Positions 54,489 through 64,000 of a DNA stretch of 64,000 nt are shown piece after piece. Source of the stretch: Lepidodermella squamata (Eukaryota > Animalia > Gastrotricha); assembly GCA_047495785.1 (NCBI GenBank), contig JBLDXI010000038.1:434001-498000 (forward strand). The letters are read 5' to 3'. Within the stretch, counting starts at the first letter, position 1. The number at the start of each line of letters is the position of its first letter. The notes under the pieces are model-generated. The model saw nothing but the letters and a program-made list of their open reading frames with translations, was not told the origin of the DNA and searched no databases. The position numbers and the translations under genes were made by a program.

Positions 54489-55903
54489 ATGAGCGCCAAG
54501 GGTGAGATCATACTCTTGCATGGAAATTCGCACCCTATGCTAGCAGATTCCATTGCAAAGTAAGGTTTCGCGCAATTATAGTAATTTCAGATATTGCAAC
54601 TGCTCTATTCTATCAGGCGCCTCGGCATATTCGTTTCGGATAGTGCCGACGTCACCCACACAACTTCTCGGGAAACTGATGTGCGCATCAAGCTGTCCGT
54701 CCGCGGCCGCCCGGTATTTATATTGCAAACTGGCTGCCGGTATGTAATGTCTGGATTTCGTAATACTTGAAATTTATTGATCATTTTTAGCGGGGTCAAC
54801 GATGTCATATTTGAAATGTTAATCATGCTTTATGCGTGCAAGACATCTTCCTGCTCGAAGGTTATTGCTGTCGTTCCATATCTACCTTACGCCAAACAAT
54901 CAAAAATGCGTAAACGAGGCTCCGTTGTGACTTCGCTATTGGCATCTATGATGGAGAAAGCTGGTATGTTTCTGTGTTTCCTCTCGTTATCAAGCATAGT
55001 CATTCATGTATACATTCAGGTATGAATCATTTGATCACCATCGATCTCAATCAGAAGGAGATTCAGGGCTTTTTCACCGTCCCGGTTGAGAACCTACGGG
55101 CTTCTCCTTACTTGGTGCAGTATGTCAAAGAAAATGTTTGTTTAAGCAGCCTCTGCCATTTATCATGGTTTAAATACTTATTAAATACGATAATAATTTT
55201 AGATTTCCGATTACCGCTCTGGCTGTGTTGTGGCGAGAAATCCGAACTGCGTCGATCGCGCAGCTGCGTATGCTGAGCGCCTGGGAATCGGTCTTGGCGT
55301 CATTCATCGCACTGGAGCTGAAGCCGTGCGTTTGACTGCTTCGGAGCTCGATCGTTCTGACGGCAGATCCTCCCCTGTTCCAGCTCAATTCGACGAGTAC
55401 GTTGTCACAGGCGATAAAAAAGAAAGTGGATCCAACGGCTTCGAGAGCATCAATCCGAGCTCAAGTATGATGAGTTCGAGTATGCATTTTCAGGGTCAGC
55501 TTGTCGGAGACGTTGCTGGACGGCCCGTTTTCATTGTTGATGTCGTACGTTGATTCACAGTTCCATTTTGTTTCCATAATCTCTTATTTACATGCAGATA
55601 ATCGATGAAATTGATGAAATAATTGCTTGTGCCGAGTTACTGAAGCGAAACGGTGCTACTAGCTGTTATGTGTTGGCAACTCATGGTGTGTTTAGTGCAG
55701 ATGCTCCTGAAAAGCTTGAAGCTGCAAGCGCGATCGATTTGGTTATTGTTACAAATACTGTCCCTCACGACGAAGCAAAAGCGCGATCGAAGAAAATTCA
55801 GACAGTCGACTTGACACCACTTATAGCTGAAGCAATCAGACGTGTTCACTACGGAGAATCGCTTTCATACCTGTTTCGCAACGTCCTTCCAAGTGGCGAT
55901 TAA
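54489..55903 (+). CDS. PRPSAP: PRPP synthase-associated protein, 6 exons
   Basis: [30 protein letters not shown]...ENLRASP, the DGRSSP insert, VGDVAGR, ATHG, TNTVPH, EAIRRVH. Confidence 0.93.
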
Positions 55904-56371
55904 GGGATTGAAGTATCTACTTTCCAGGATTCCCACAAGTTTTAATTTCCAAGATATATGAACTCTCTGTCGTTCAAATTGACGAATAGTTAGTTGAGCT
56001 GTTCAGTCATCGAATTCTAGTATTCGATCAATCAACAGCTATTATTCTCTTATGTGTGTTTGAGTGGGCGTGAGTCTTTACTTGCCATTTGTAAAGCAAT
56101 ATTTTCTGCTGGTAAATTTCAAGCTGTAGTTGTTTTTTTCATTGACAATTAGTCAATGCTTATAAGAACTTTGTGTATTATTTTTGTGCTAATCTAGCTG
56201 GCAACCCATCATGATTATCCGGTCACTGTAAGCAAGTGGTTGGTGTCCAATTTTGCAGAAGAGCTATTCACTATGATTTCTGAATAAAACAAGATTTTTT
56301 TATCGAAGTATTATTTGCGTTCATTATTCTTCAACTTGAGATAAAATGCGCGGCTATTATCACAAGAATAA

Positions 56372-57869
56372 TCAAACAGCCGTCAAAATGTACATTTCCA
56401 CAAGACTATCTCCTGGTAACTTGCTGCCAGCTAATTCCCGTGAATCGGCGTCAAAATTCTTCAAAGGTATCTTCTGGAATGCGAGGCGCCATTTCTGCAA
56501 TAAGTATTCGATGCTGTGGTTAGCACTTCGCACTTGCACCGTACACCAACACTCGCTTGACATATTATCCCATGTTTCGTAACAGCCGCCATGTAGAAAG
56601 TATGAAATCGTCGAGACGACGTTTTCGAATTCTAAGCAATTTTTAAAATAATAATAATAATAATATTCTTATTATATTATATTTATATTTATATTTATAT
56701 CTAATATAAAATAAAATAATAATAATATTCGATCAATCAATAAAATCTTCGCAAATGTACAAGCTAACCCCCTCAATATGGATTTCGCCGGAAAGCCAGT
56801 AACGAGTAGAAAGTAGAAACAGATAGTGCAGTCAAGGTAACTATCAGTACAAGCATGAATTGTAGTGGACCGGTGGTCAAAGTTGCCCGAAACACATGAT
56901 AGATGCTGATGGGGTGACTTTACACCACTCAAATATCGAAGCCGATAACATAAAGACCCCATGAATGGGCTACCGTTGGATAGCCTGTAAACAGAGTGGT
57001 TCGAAAATGACATTCGATTTCGATTTTGATCGCATGGATTCCTTTGGTTAGTCACCCAAATGCTACCGGAAATCGAACTTTTTTTAATTCCTCCTTACTT
57101 TTACTCGGTCATTTTTTACTCGGTAATAAGTCGGATTGGTGTATATTATACACATCTAGACCTGGCTTTCCTTGGGCTATCCAGCGGTATCCCGCTCATG
57201 GGGTCTTTACCTTGACGGCTTCGATATTTGAGTGGACAAAGTCACCCCTTTTTGACATGTCAAAGTCACCCCAAATTACGGTAGGTCATATCCATGTCGT
57301 ACCTTTTGTATTATAAAAGCAATCAGCACATAGCAAGATCAATCGACTTTTCAGTAGTTCTGATGGTAGATTTTTCGGTTCGCGGCCCCAGTCTACGGGA
57401 CTGAATTCCAGAGAGCCCAAGACGTTTGATCGATTCGAAATGTTATTTTGCCGGCAGTTTGCGCTCAATTGTTTGGAAAATTCTTGAAACGCTTCTTTAC
57501 AATCAGTGGAGATAATTCGCGGGTAAGATTTCCAAGTATCTACAGGAGATCTTTGAGAAAGACATTTTGCGAATACTAGTGATGGCAAAGAGCAACCAGC
57601 GCCGATCTCCATAACAAATAGTCCATCGAGAACAGCATTTACTGAATCATCTGTCAATGAATCGAACCAGTTTTTCACATACTGCGCTAAAACTACTCCA
57701 CACGGCCACACGAAACAGTGATAATTTGGACTCAATATCTGTTAAAGAATATTTGCAGCAGGAAGAGAAGCTGTAACAGAATTTCTACCTCTTCGACAAT
57801 AACAACCACTCGGCTTCTTTTGTGGCCATTAGCCTCGAAGGTGAACTTCTTCAAACACGATTCACTCAT
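56372..57869 (-). CDS. METTL23: METTL23-like seven-beta-strand methyltransferase, 3 exons
   Basis: VWPCGVVLAQY, EIGAGCSLPSL, DWG, ADCFY|EFENVVSTI, QVRSANHSIEYLLQKW. Confidence 0.9.
56910..57283. mobile_element. Degenerate DNA-transposon/MITE relic (Tc1/pogo-like end) in METTL23 intron 2
   Basis: The right end reads TACCGTAATTTGGGGTGACTTTG on the minus strand, with a 12-bp inverted match TGGGGTGACTTT at 56910-56921. CAAAGTCACCCC occurs twice. The intron is about 670 bp against about 50 bp typical. Confidence 0.55.
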
Positions 57870-57980
57870 AAAAGTCTACACATAAGCAAATGAGCTTTAT
57901 TATTATCCGCTTTTAACAAGCCTTGGAAGCAAAATGGATACATATAACAAAATGTAAAGCATAACTGTGACCGTCAAATA

Positions 57981-59135
57981 TCACAGAGCACGGGATCTTT
58001 TTCCGGCGGCTAGAGGATCTAGCTGTCCGGAACCACCAGGCGTAAATGAGGTCGAGAAACGATTATTAGTCGTGTCAGAACTCCAAGGACGGATTCCTGT
58101 TGCTCCCAGCTGAGGCTGAGCGGGTGATGAGACGGCGTTAGATGCACCAAATCCAGAGCTAGTGCCAAAGATAGAAGGCGTGTTGAAGCGTAAAGCGTTA
58201 CCGATAGCTGCTGACCCGCCCAAAGGTTGGGTGGGCTGATGCGCACCAGCCGACGAGGAAGCATCCAAACCGCTCGAGAAGCCCATTCCAGCTCGGTTGG
58301 CACTACTAAGACCCAAGCCATGACCCAAGGCTCGCGTATTGCTATTACCAAAACTTGAACCGGATGCCAGCTGGAACGGGTTAATACCAACGTGCTGTTG
58401 AGAATTTTTGGCAGACTGTCGGTGAAAATTTGTTAGGGCACCAATTTCATCCAAGTCACCGGATCCACCATGAGTCATTTTTTGCTGCAAGCGGGATACA
58501 GCTTCATGCCTCTCCGCGATTTTTGCAGCCAAGCATATTATGGACTGGTTTATGTCAAGAATGACGTCGGGCAAGCTAGACATAAGTGAAGATGGTTCTT
58601 GCGTAGAAGACAGTGAGGACATAAGCTCATCCAAACGGCGTTGTTGCAGCAGCACCTGTTCTTCCAATCTGCGCATAGCAACTTCGAAGTATGGTGTTAA
58701 CTTCGGAGCGCCACTGCTCGCACCTCTACCAACTGAATGATGTCCGGAATTTACAGTTAATGGCAGCCCAGCGACCTGGGCTTTTTGCCAGACCAGGTTG
58801 ACGTTAACTTGCATATCACGAAGTGCGCAATTTATGCTTTCAAGAGAAGCGGCAGTTTTTTCAAGCAAGTCTTTCCCCTCTGGAGCCAACTCAACAAGAT
58901 GCTGAATTTTCGTGAACTCAGTGGATTCCTCCAGGGCCATTGAAACCTGACACAGTGCAGATACTTTGGCTTGAGTAATTTGCTGCTCTTTGATAAAGGC
59001 GTCGAGGTTGGTAACAGTATCAACAATATCCTTCGGTACTTCGGTTTCTCTAAGACCCTTGCTCAACGCTCGAGCTGAGCGTAGCAAATCTTCACCAGGC
59101 ATCGAACCTCCAAGGCCGCGCGACGATTGAAACAT
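57981..59135 (-). CDS. NUP58: Nucleoporin p58/p45, single exon
   Basis: LRETEVPKDIVDTVTNLDAFIKEQQ, PYFEVAMRRLEEQV, IICLAAKI...H, NPF and a C-terminal GKRSR resemble the Nup58 coiled coils and tail. Confidence 0.75.
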   Translation of the reverse strand: MFQSSRGLGGSMPGEDLLRSARALSKGLRETEVPKDIVDTVTNLDAFIKEQQITQAKVSALCQVSMALEESTEFTKIQHLVELAPEGKDLLEKTAASLESINCALRDMQVNVNLVWQKAQVAGLPLTVNSGHHSVGRGASSGAPKLTPYFEVAMRRLEEQVLLQQRRLDELMSSLSSTQEPSSLMSSLPDVILDINQSIICLAAKIAERHEAVSRLQQKMTHGGSGDLDEIGALTNFHRQSAKNSQQHVGINPFQLASGSSFGNSNTRALGHGLGLSSANRAGMGFSSGLDASSSAGAHQPTQPLGGSAAIGNALRFNTPSIFGTSSGFGASNAVSSPAQPQLGATGIRPWSSDTTNNRFSTSFTPGGSGQLDPLAAGKRSRAL

Positions 59136-59824
59136 TTTCACAATAAAATGAAAATTCTAAAAACAAATGTAACTAAAATTGCCGAGCCTATGACGAAGTC
59201 TGATACGCAGTACGAAAGCATACTCCCTAAATAATCAAAAACGCTCTTCGCGTGGATTTCAGCGGAGCGATGTGGCAGGGTTGAGATATTCGAACAGGAA
59301 AATGGTCAAAGACAACTAGGTAAGCATTAGCCAGGGATTAACATACCCATTAACTTGCTTATCTTAAACCTTAACACGTTTAAGTAAGAGACACGATACG
59401 TATTTTTCCAAGACGGGCTCGAGGGGGCTTGTGGAAGGCAGCGCGACCACCTACGACCGCTTACTACGTCACTGATCAGTTCTGGTAGACATATGATCTG
59501 AAACTTGATTTTGATGTGTGCATGGACATTATACCGATATCCTAAATCCCAATTGTAATGATTTGGCGAGAACTGTAAGAGTTATGAGCAGCTAACTTGA
59601 ATTTTTATGCGGATATAGCTTCAACGAAAGCTAAATAGTATCTAACTAGTAGTTGACTATCTTTGAATTACAACATTGACGAGTTGATGATTACTATACG
59701 TATACGTATTCGCAATTCGCAACGTAGACTATCTTCCATCCAAAAGGCGCACAATTCCCCAGATAAGTAATGGATCCATCTGTAGTTGCTCTAGGAGTGC
59801 ATAGTAGTAGCTACTACCAAGAAT

Positions 59825-60612
59825 AAACAAAAGTAATAAGAGCGGAGATTAGCTCCTCTCTCCTCTCTCCTCTTGGAGTATAAGTAGCTCTGTATAGCTC
59901 TCTCAACGATTTGCTTAAACCGTTGAATACTTAGAGCATACTCTCGCACGAGTCGGTGTTAAATTTTCTTCGCGAAAAACACTTTTAGCTATGCTTTCAA
60001 CAGCTCTTCGAGAATCAACAAGTATTTACGAAATGATCTTCGGGTTTTAGGAAGCGATCGCGATTTGTTTGTTGCGCAGATCCCATCCCATAAAGGACAA
60101 ATGAATCGTCTGTTTTGCTGCGTTTTTGCTTCCCGCCCTTTTTAAGTTCAAGGTCGGTAAAAGTTGAAATAATTAAAGTTAAACATTAAATGAATTCAAA
60201 TTATGTTCGATGTTTTTAATAGTATGTCACGTGACGAATCACGCTGGCTCAAAATGGGCCATTTAGGGTTCTCACGGTTCCGCCTGTGAACCGGTCCTAC
60301 CGTTTGATGCCGGTTTACGGTAAGTCAACAAAAAATACTCTGAACCGTTGATACTTTTTGGCCTGGGCGGCCTGGGATCTAGGCTTTAAGGTAAAGTCCC
60401 ACGGCAAGTCGAATGCCGTTTATTGTCTCTTGAGCAAATGACAGAGGGTTTCCCTGTTTTAATAACCATTGTCAATCGGGTTTATCGGGTGACCGGTGAC
60501 ACTAAATATACCTAGTTGCCTTTGTTTCAAACAAGAGTAAGAAGAGCAGAGAGAAGCTCCTCTTGGAGTATTGCTCTGTATGGCTCTCTTCGCCATTTGC
60601 TTAAACTGTTGA
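59825..60612. repeat. Diverged ~85-100 bp direct repeat pair (59825-59926 and 60529-60612)
   Basis: Shared AAACAA.AGTAA.AAGAGC.GAGA..AGCTCCTCT...TGGAGTAT...GCTCTGTAT.GCTCTCT...ATTTGCTTAAAC.GTTGA. Confidence 0.8.
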
Positions 60613-61003
60613 CCACGAGATACAATTTGACCAGCATATGGAGGCTGGCCTGTGTCTTTCTCTTTCTTTTCAAGTCACATGCCAATGCACATGCTGAAAT
60701 TTCCAAGACTTTTTCGGGAGATTACAGCCGTGCTCCCACAAGAGTGTTCTCTACGGCCAGAAAATTGATTCCCTTGATAATTTATAGTTTCCCCGATTGG
60801 TAAGCTTGAAATTCCTTGAGATCAAGAAAGTAGAAAGGAGAGAAGGGACATTAGTATTGACTATTGATCCTGTGACGAGCCGTTGTTATGCCAGTCTCCA
60901 GTCCGATTTAACTACCGAAATTTAATTCACATGCTGTTTAATAGGACTTGAGGACATCGCAAAATTGGTTTTGTAGTTTGTTCTGTTTCTGACAATCGAG
61001 AAA

Positions 61004-61719
61004 ATGTCGATGATATTGAGGAAATCAATCTGTACGCCAAGGTGAGTATTCTCGAGTAGCGCTGAAGTTCGATATTATTACTACTACCAATATTCACATT
61101 CAGAATGCTTTTATATCCGTTCGTTCGGTCTATCAGTGGTACTTCCGCATTGAAGACAGCCCAGCCCATTCCAGCTCCCCAAGCGGATAATATCGAAAAA
61201 GTTTATCCACCCAACATCAAGACCATTGTCGATCAAATTACGAAATTGTCATTGATCGAGGTTGCTGATCTAAATGAACTGTTAAAAGTAAATGGTGAAA
61301 CTAACTAACATGTCATCATCGTTTTTTTCTTGGCAGAAAACCCTCAAAATCGACGATTCGCAGTTGATTGCTCACACTGCTGGACCTGCTGCCGGCGGAG
61401 CATCTAAGAAAGCTGTTAGTTGAATAATTTGTTCGTTTTTATGAATAATTTGTTTCTGTCACTCATTCAGGCTGACGAAGCAGAGCCAGCTAAAGAAACA
61501 AGAACTTCCTTCACTGTGAAACTCGTGAAAGTCGATGACTCTAAGAAAGTCGCTGCTATCAAGGCTGTGAAAGGTCTTATCGAGGGCATGAATTTAGTGC
61601 AGGCGAAAAAATTCGTCGAATCAGCTCCTCAAGTTGTTCGCGCCGATATTGCGAAAGACGAAGCAGAAAAGATTAAGAAGCTGCTTGAGGAAGGCGGCGC
61701 TGTCGTTGAAATAGTGTAA
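61004..61719 (+). CDS. MRPL12: Mitochondrial ribosomal protein bL12m, 4 exons
   Basis: IVDQITKLSLIEVADLNELLKKTLKI; FTVKL...KKVAAIKAVK...MNLVQAKKFVESAP...AEKIKKLLEEGGAVVEI. Confidence 0.96.
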
Positions 61720-61874
61720 TATCGAGCGAGGATTGCCTTACCAATGTAAAACTATCAGAAATAGTCTGATGTTGGAATAGTGTCTTGGCCAACGCTCATT
61801 TTTAATTGAATTGATTCTCGATATTTAGATTGCATATGTAAATTTTAGATATTCGATTATTCGTATTTAATTCC

Positions 61875-64000
61875 ATGGACTTGCAAAATTTGGAGGCGCT
61901 CTTACTGGAATGTAACAATCCATATACAGCGTCAAATAGACGGAGAGAAGCAGGTAGTTTTTCTGCCTAACACTACAACTGTTAAATAATAAATATAAAA
62001 TTTAGAACGGATTCTATTTTCTTACGATGAAATGGAAAATTCATGGGAGATATATCTACATATTTTAAACATTCCAACCGCATCCGATCATGCATTTCAT
62101 TTTGCAATTTCCATGCTCGAGGTTGTATATTTTTCCAACTGCTCATTTGTAGCTTTATTGGCGCTTCTTTTACAGGGTAAAGTAACAAAGCAATGGCTAC
62201 AACTGCCATCGAATGTCCGCCTCGCAGTTCGCTCAGGAATTTGTAGCTTGGTTCAGCAAGTAGTTTCTTGTAACAGCCATTTGACTAGGCAGCCGTTTTT
62301 CGTCAAAAAATTGCTCAGACTTTGCGCGGATATAGCCAGACATGATTGGCCCCATGAATATTCTGACTTCATGGAATCTGTATTCCAGGTAAATTCAATT
62401 GCAATTTCATTACCCGAAGCAGGCATGCGTTATTATGTTACAGCTCTGTAAAAGTGGCGATCCACGCCAGGCTGCTATTGGATTTACATTCCTGCGTACA
62501 GTCTCAGAGGAATTTTCGGACGAAAGAGCTTTATTTACGATCCAACGACGAAATCAACTGAAAAGTCTTTTTGAGCAGCTGCTTCCACAGATAGGCGAGC
62601 TGACAGCAATGGTGTTGTATTCTTGGATCTCATCTCTATCAGAGAATTCTCCTAATTTTGCGGAAAAGGATAATTATGGGAACGTTGGACTAGAGGCGTT
62701 AAATTGTCTCGGACATTTATTAGTATGGTCACCGCTGCATCCGCTGTTTGCCGAGCAGCAGCGGCTAGCTTTGGCCGATTTGTTGTTCCAAATTCTGTCG
62801 AACGGCTTTGCTGATGCCACTACCAAATGCGATAATAAATGCCGAAGTGGCGCGCAGCAAGTGCTAAGTTGCATAGCCGAGCTTTTTGGGCGGCAGCGTT
62901 GTTTGCCGAAGGATGCGCATGTGCTATTGCAAATGGCCTCATCCCTTTTTCAATTTGTTGCCCAAATGGTCACCCCGCAGCTGGAAACGCTGCGTCAGGA
63001 TACAACGAATTTGAGCGATCAGTCGAATAGCCTTCTCGATGGTATTACGAACTGCCTATCTACGTTTTTCTCGACATGTTTCACTCCATTGATTTTGAGT
63101 AACCCCGCAAACCGCGAGGGGGCGATTTTGACGGATATGCTGGTTTTGCTGGCGAGATATACACTAGCCCAACCAGACATCGACAGTCTATGTGCATGCC
63201 TTGACATTTGGGGCGTTGTGCTCGAAGCCTTTGTGTCTTCAGGAGAACAAACTGTTCTGGCGGCGATTCAAAGTAGCATTCTTGAATTTGCGTCGAGACT
63301 TCTCGTTCGTGCAATGTTCAGCACGAATCAGCGAGAGTTGGATGAATTGGACGACGGGGAGAGTGGCAGTGGCGGATCTTCGAACATGGGCAATACCAGC
63401 GGTAAATCAACCGAAGATTTCGACAACAGTAACTGTGATTTTGACGGAATTTTCGGTGATAATTCAGCCGAAAAGGATTATCAATTAGCAGAAGGCGATG
63501 GCTCTGACTTGCCGAAAGCTGAGCGATTTTTCATCGGAGTTTCGGTTGTTATTCGGCAAGCAGCTATCGCTTATCCTACAGCCGTGCTTTCAGATTTGTT
63601 ATTGAAGTCTACTCAGGAAAGAGCGACTTTTTTCGTCGAATTGACCAGAAATCTCATGCCTGAACGAATCCTCAATTCCAATGTCCGAGCGGTTGATGCT
63701 GCTCGAATACATTGCGCCTCGAGGGATTTAGCGACTTTGGTCTCGTTAATTGCAGGGGTTTGTGACCTCATGGACCCTGCGACTGGGTTATCGGTGTTCT
63801 CATCGTTGACTGTTCTAACTTTGCAAAGTTGCCACTTGGTGGCGAATGCGCCTCCAGTCGCCGAAGCTTCATCTTCACCTCTGAGAGAAGATCTAGTTCG
63901 TTTGCATTCGCGGCTATTCGCATCCCTTCGCGCTGTTTTTATCCACAATGCAAGGCCTATTTTAGTTGGCACCTTGACAGCTACCAAGTCGACAAATGAA
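61875..64000 (+). CDS. XPO6: Exportin-6-like importin-beta family protein, 5' part (truncated by window end)
   Basis: LEALLLE...SNRRRE, FFVKKL...DIARHDWPHEY, FLRTVSEEF, LNCLGHLLVW, YTLAQP...CLDIW; a long open exon runs from ~62444 to the end. Confidence 0.8.

Noticed and set aside
56884-56920. CCCGAAAC...CTGATGGGG resembling a hammerhead ribozyme core
   Set aside because: Stems I and III cannot form and the CUGANGA core is imperfect.

Overview
Gene-dense segment of a compact invertebrate (bilaterian animal) nuclear genome. Most GT-AG introns are about 45-60 nt, so the ORF track shows only exon fragments; gene models here were assembled by hand. Twenty protein-coding genes are recognisable: STUB1, a Ly6/quiver-type GPI protein, SRP68, LRRC58, TOM1, SLC25A38, a secreted SUSD2/Mesh-like protein with a collagen stub, COX11, WDFY3/ALFY, GLYCTK, an intronless DUF4804/MavL-like gene, a HECW-type E3 ligase, two tandem galaxin-like Cys-rich secreted paralogues, a PDZ (Zasp/PDLIM-like) protein, PRPSAP, METTL23, NUP58, MRPL12 and XPO6 (runs off the end). 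There is also a trypsin-like pseudogene and a transposon island at about 12.0-14.8 kb (REL-type and RTE-like LINE fragments, and an intact hAT MITE with an 8-bp TSD). Most notable: (1) most genes have a 3' splice acceptor 6-51 nt upstream of the ATG, and several same-strand gene pairs are only 100-155 bp apart, which suggests spliced-leader trans-splicing and operons; (2) one such pair couples a putative ADP-ribosyl-ubiquitin eraser (DUF4804) to a HECT E3 ligase; (3) candidate microexons in TOM1 and WDFY3; (4) the galaxin-like pair shows a gene-conversion tract and reciprocal intron differences. The species cannot be determined from the sequence, and family assignments come from remembered motifs, not database searches.
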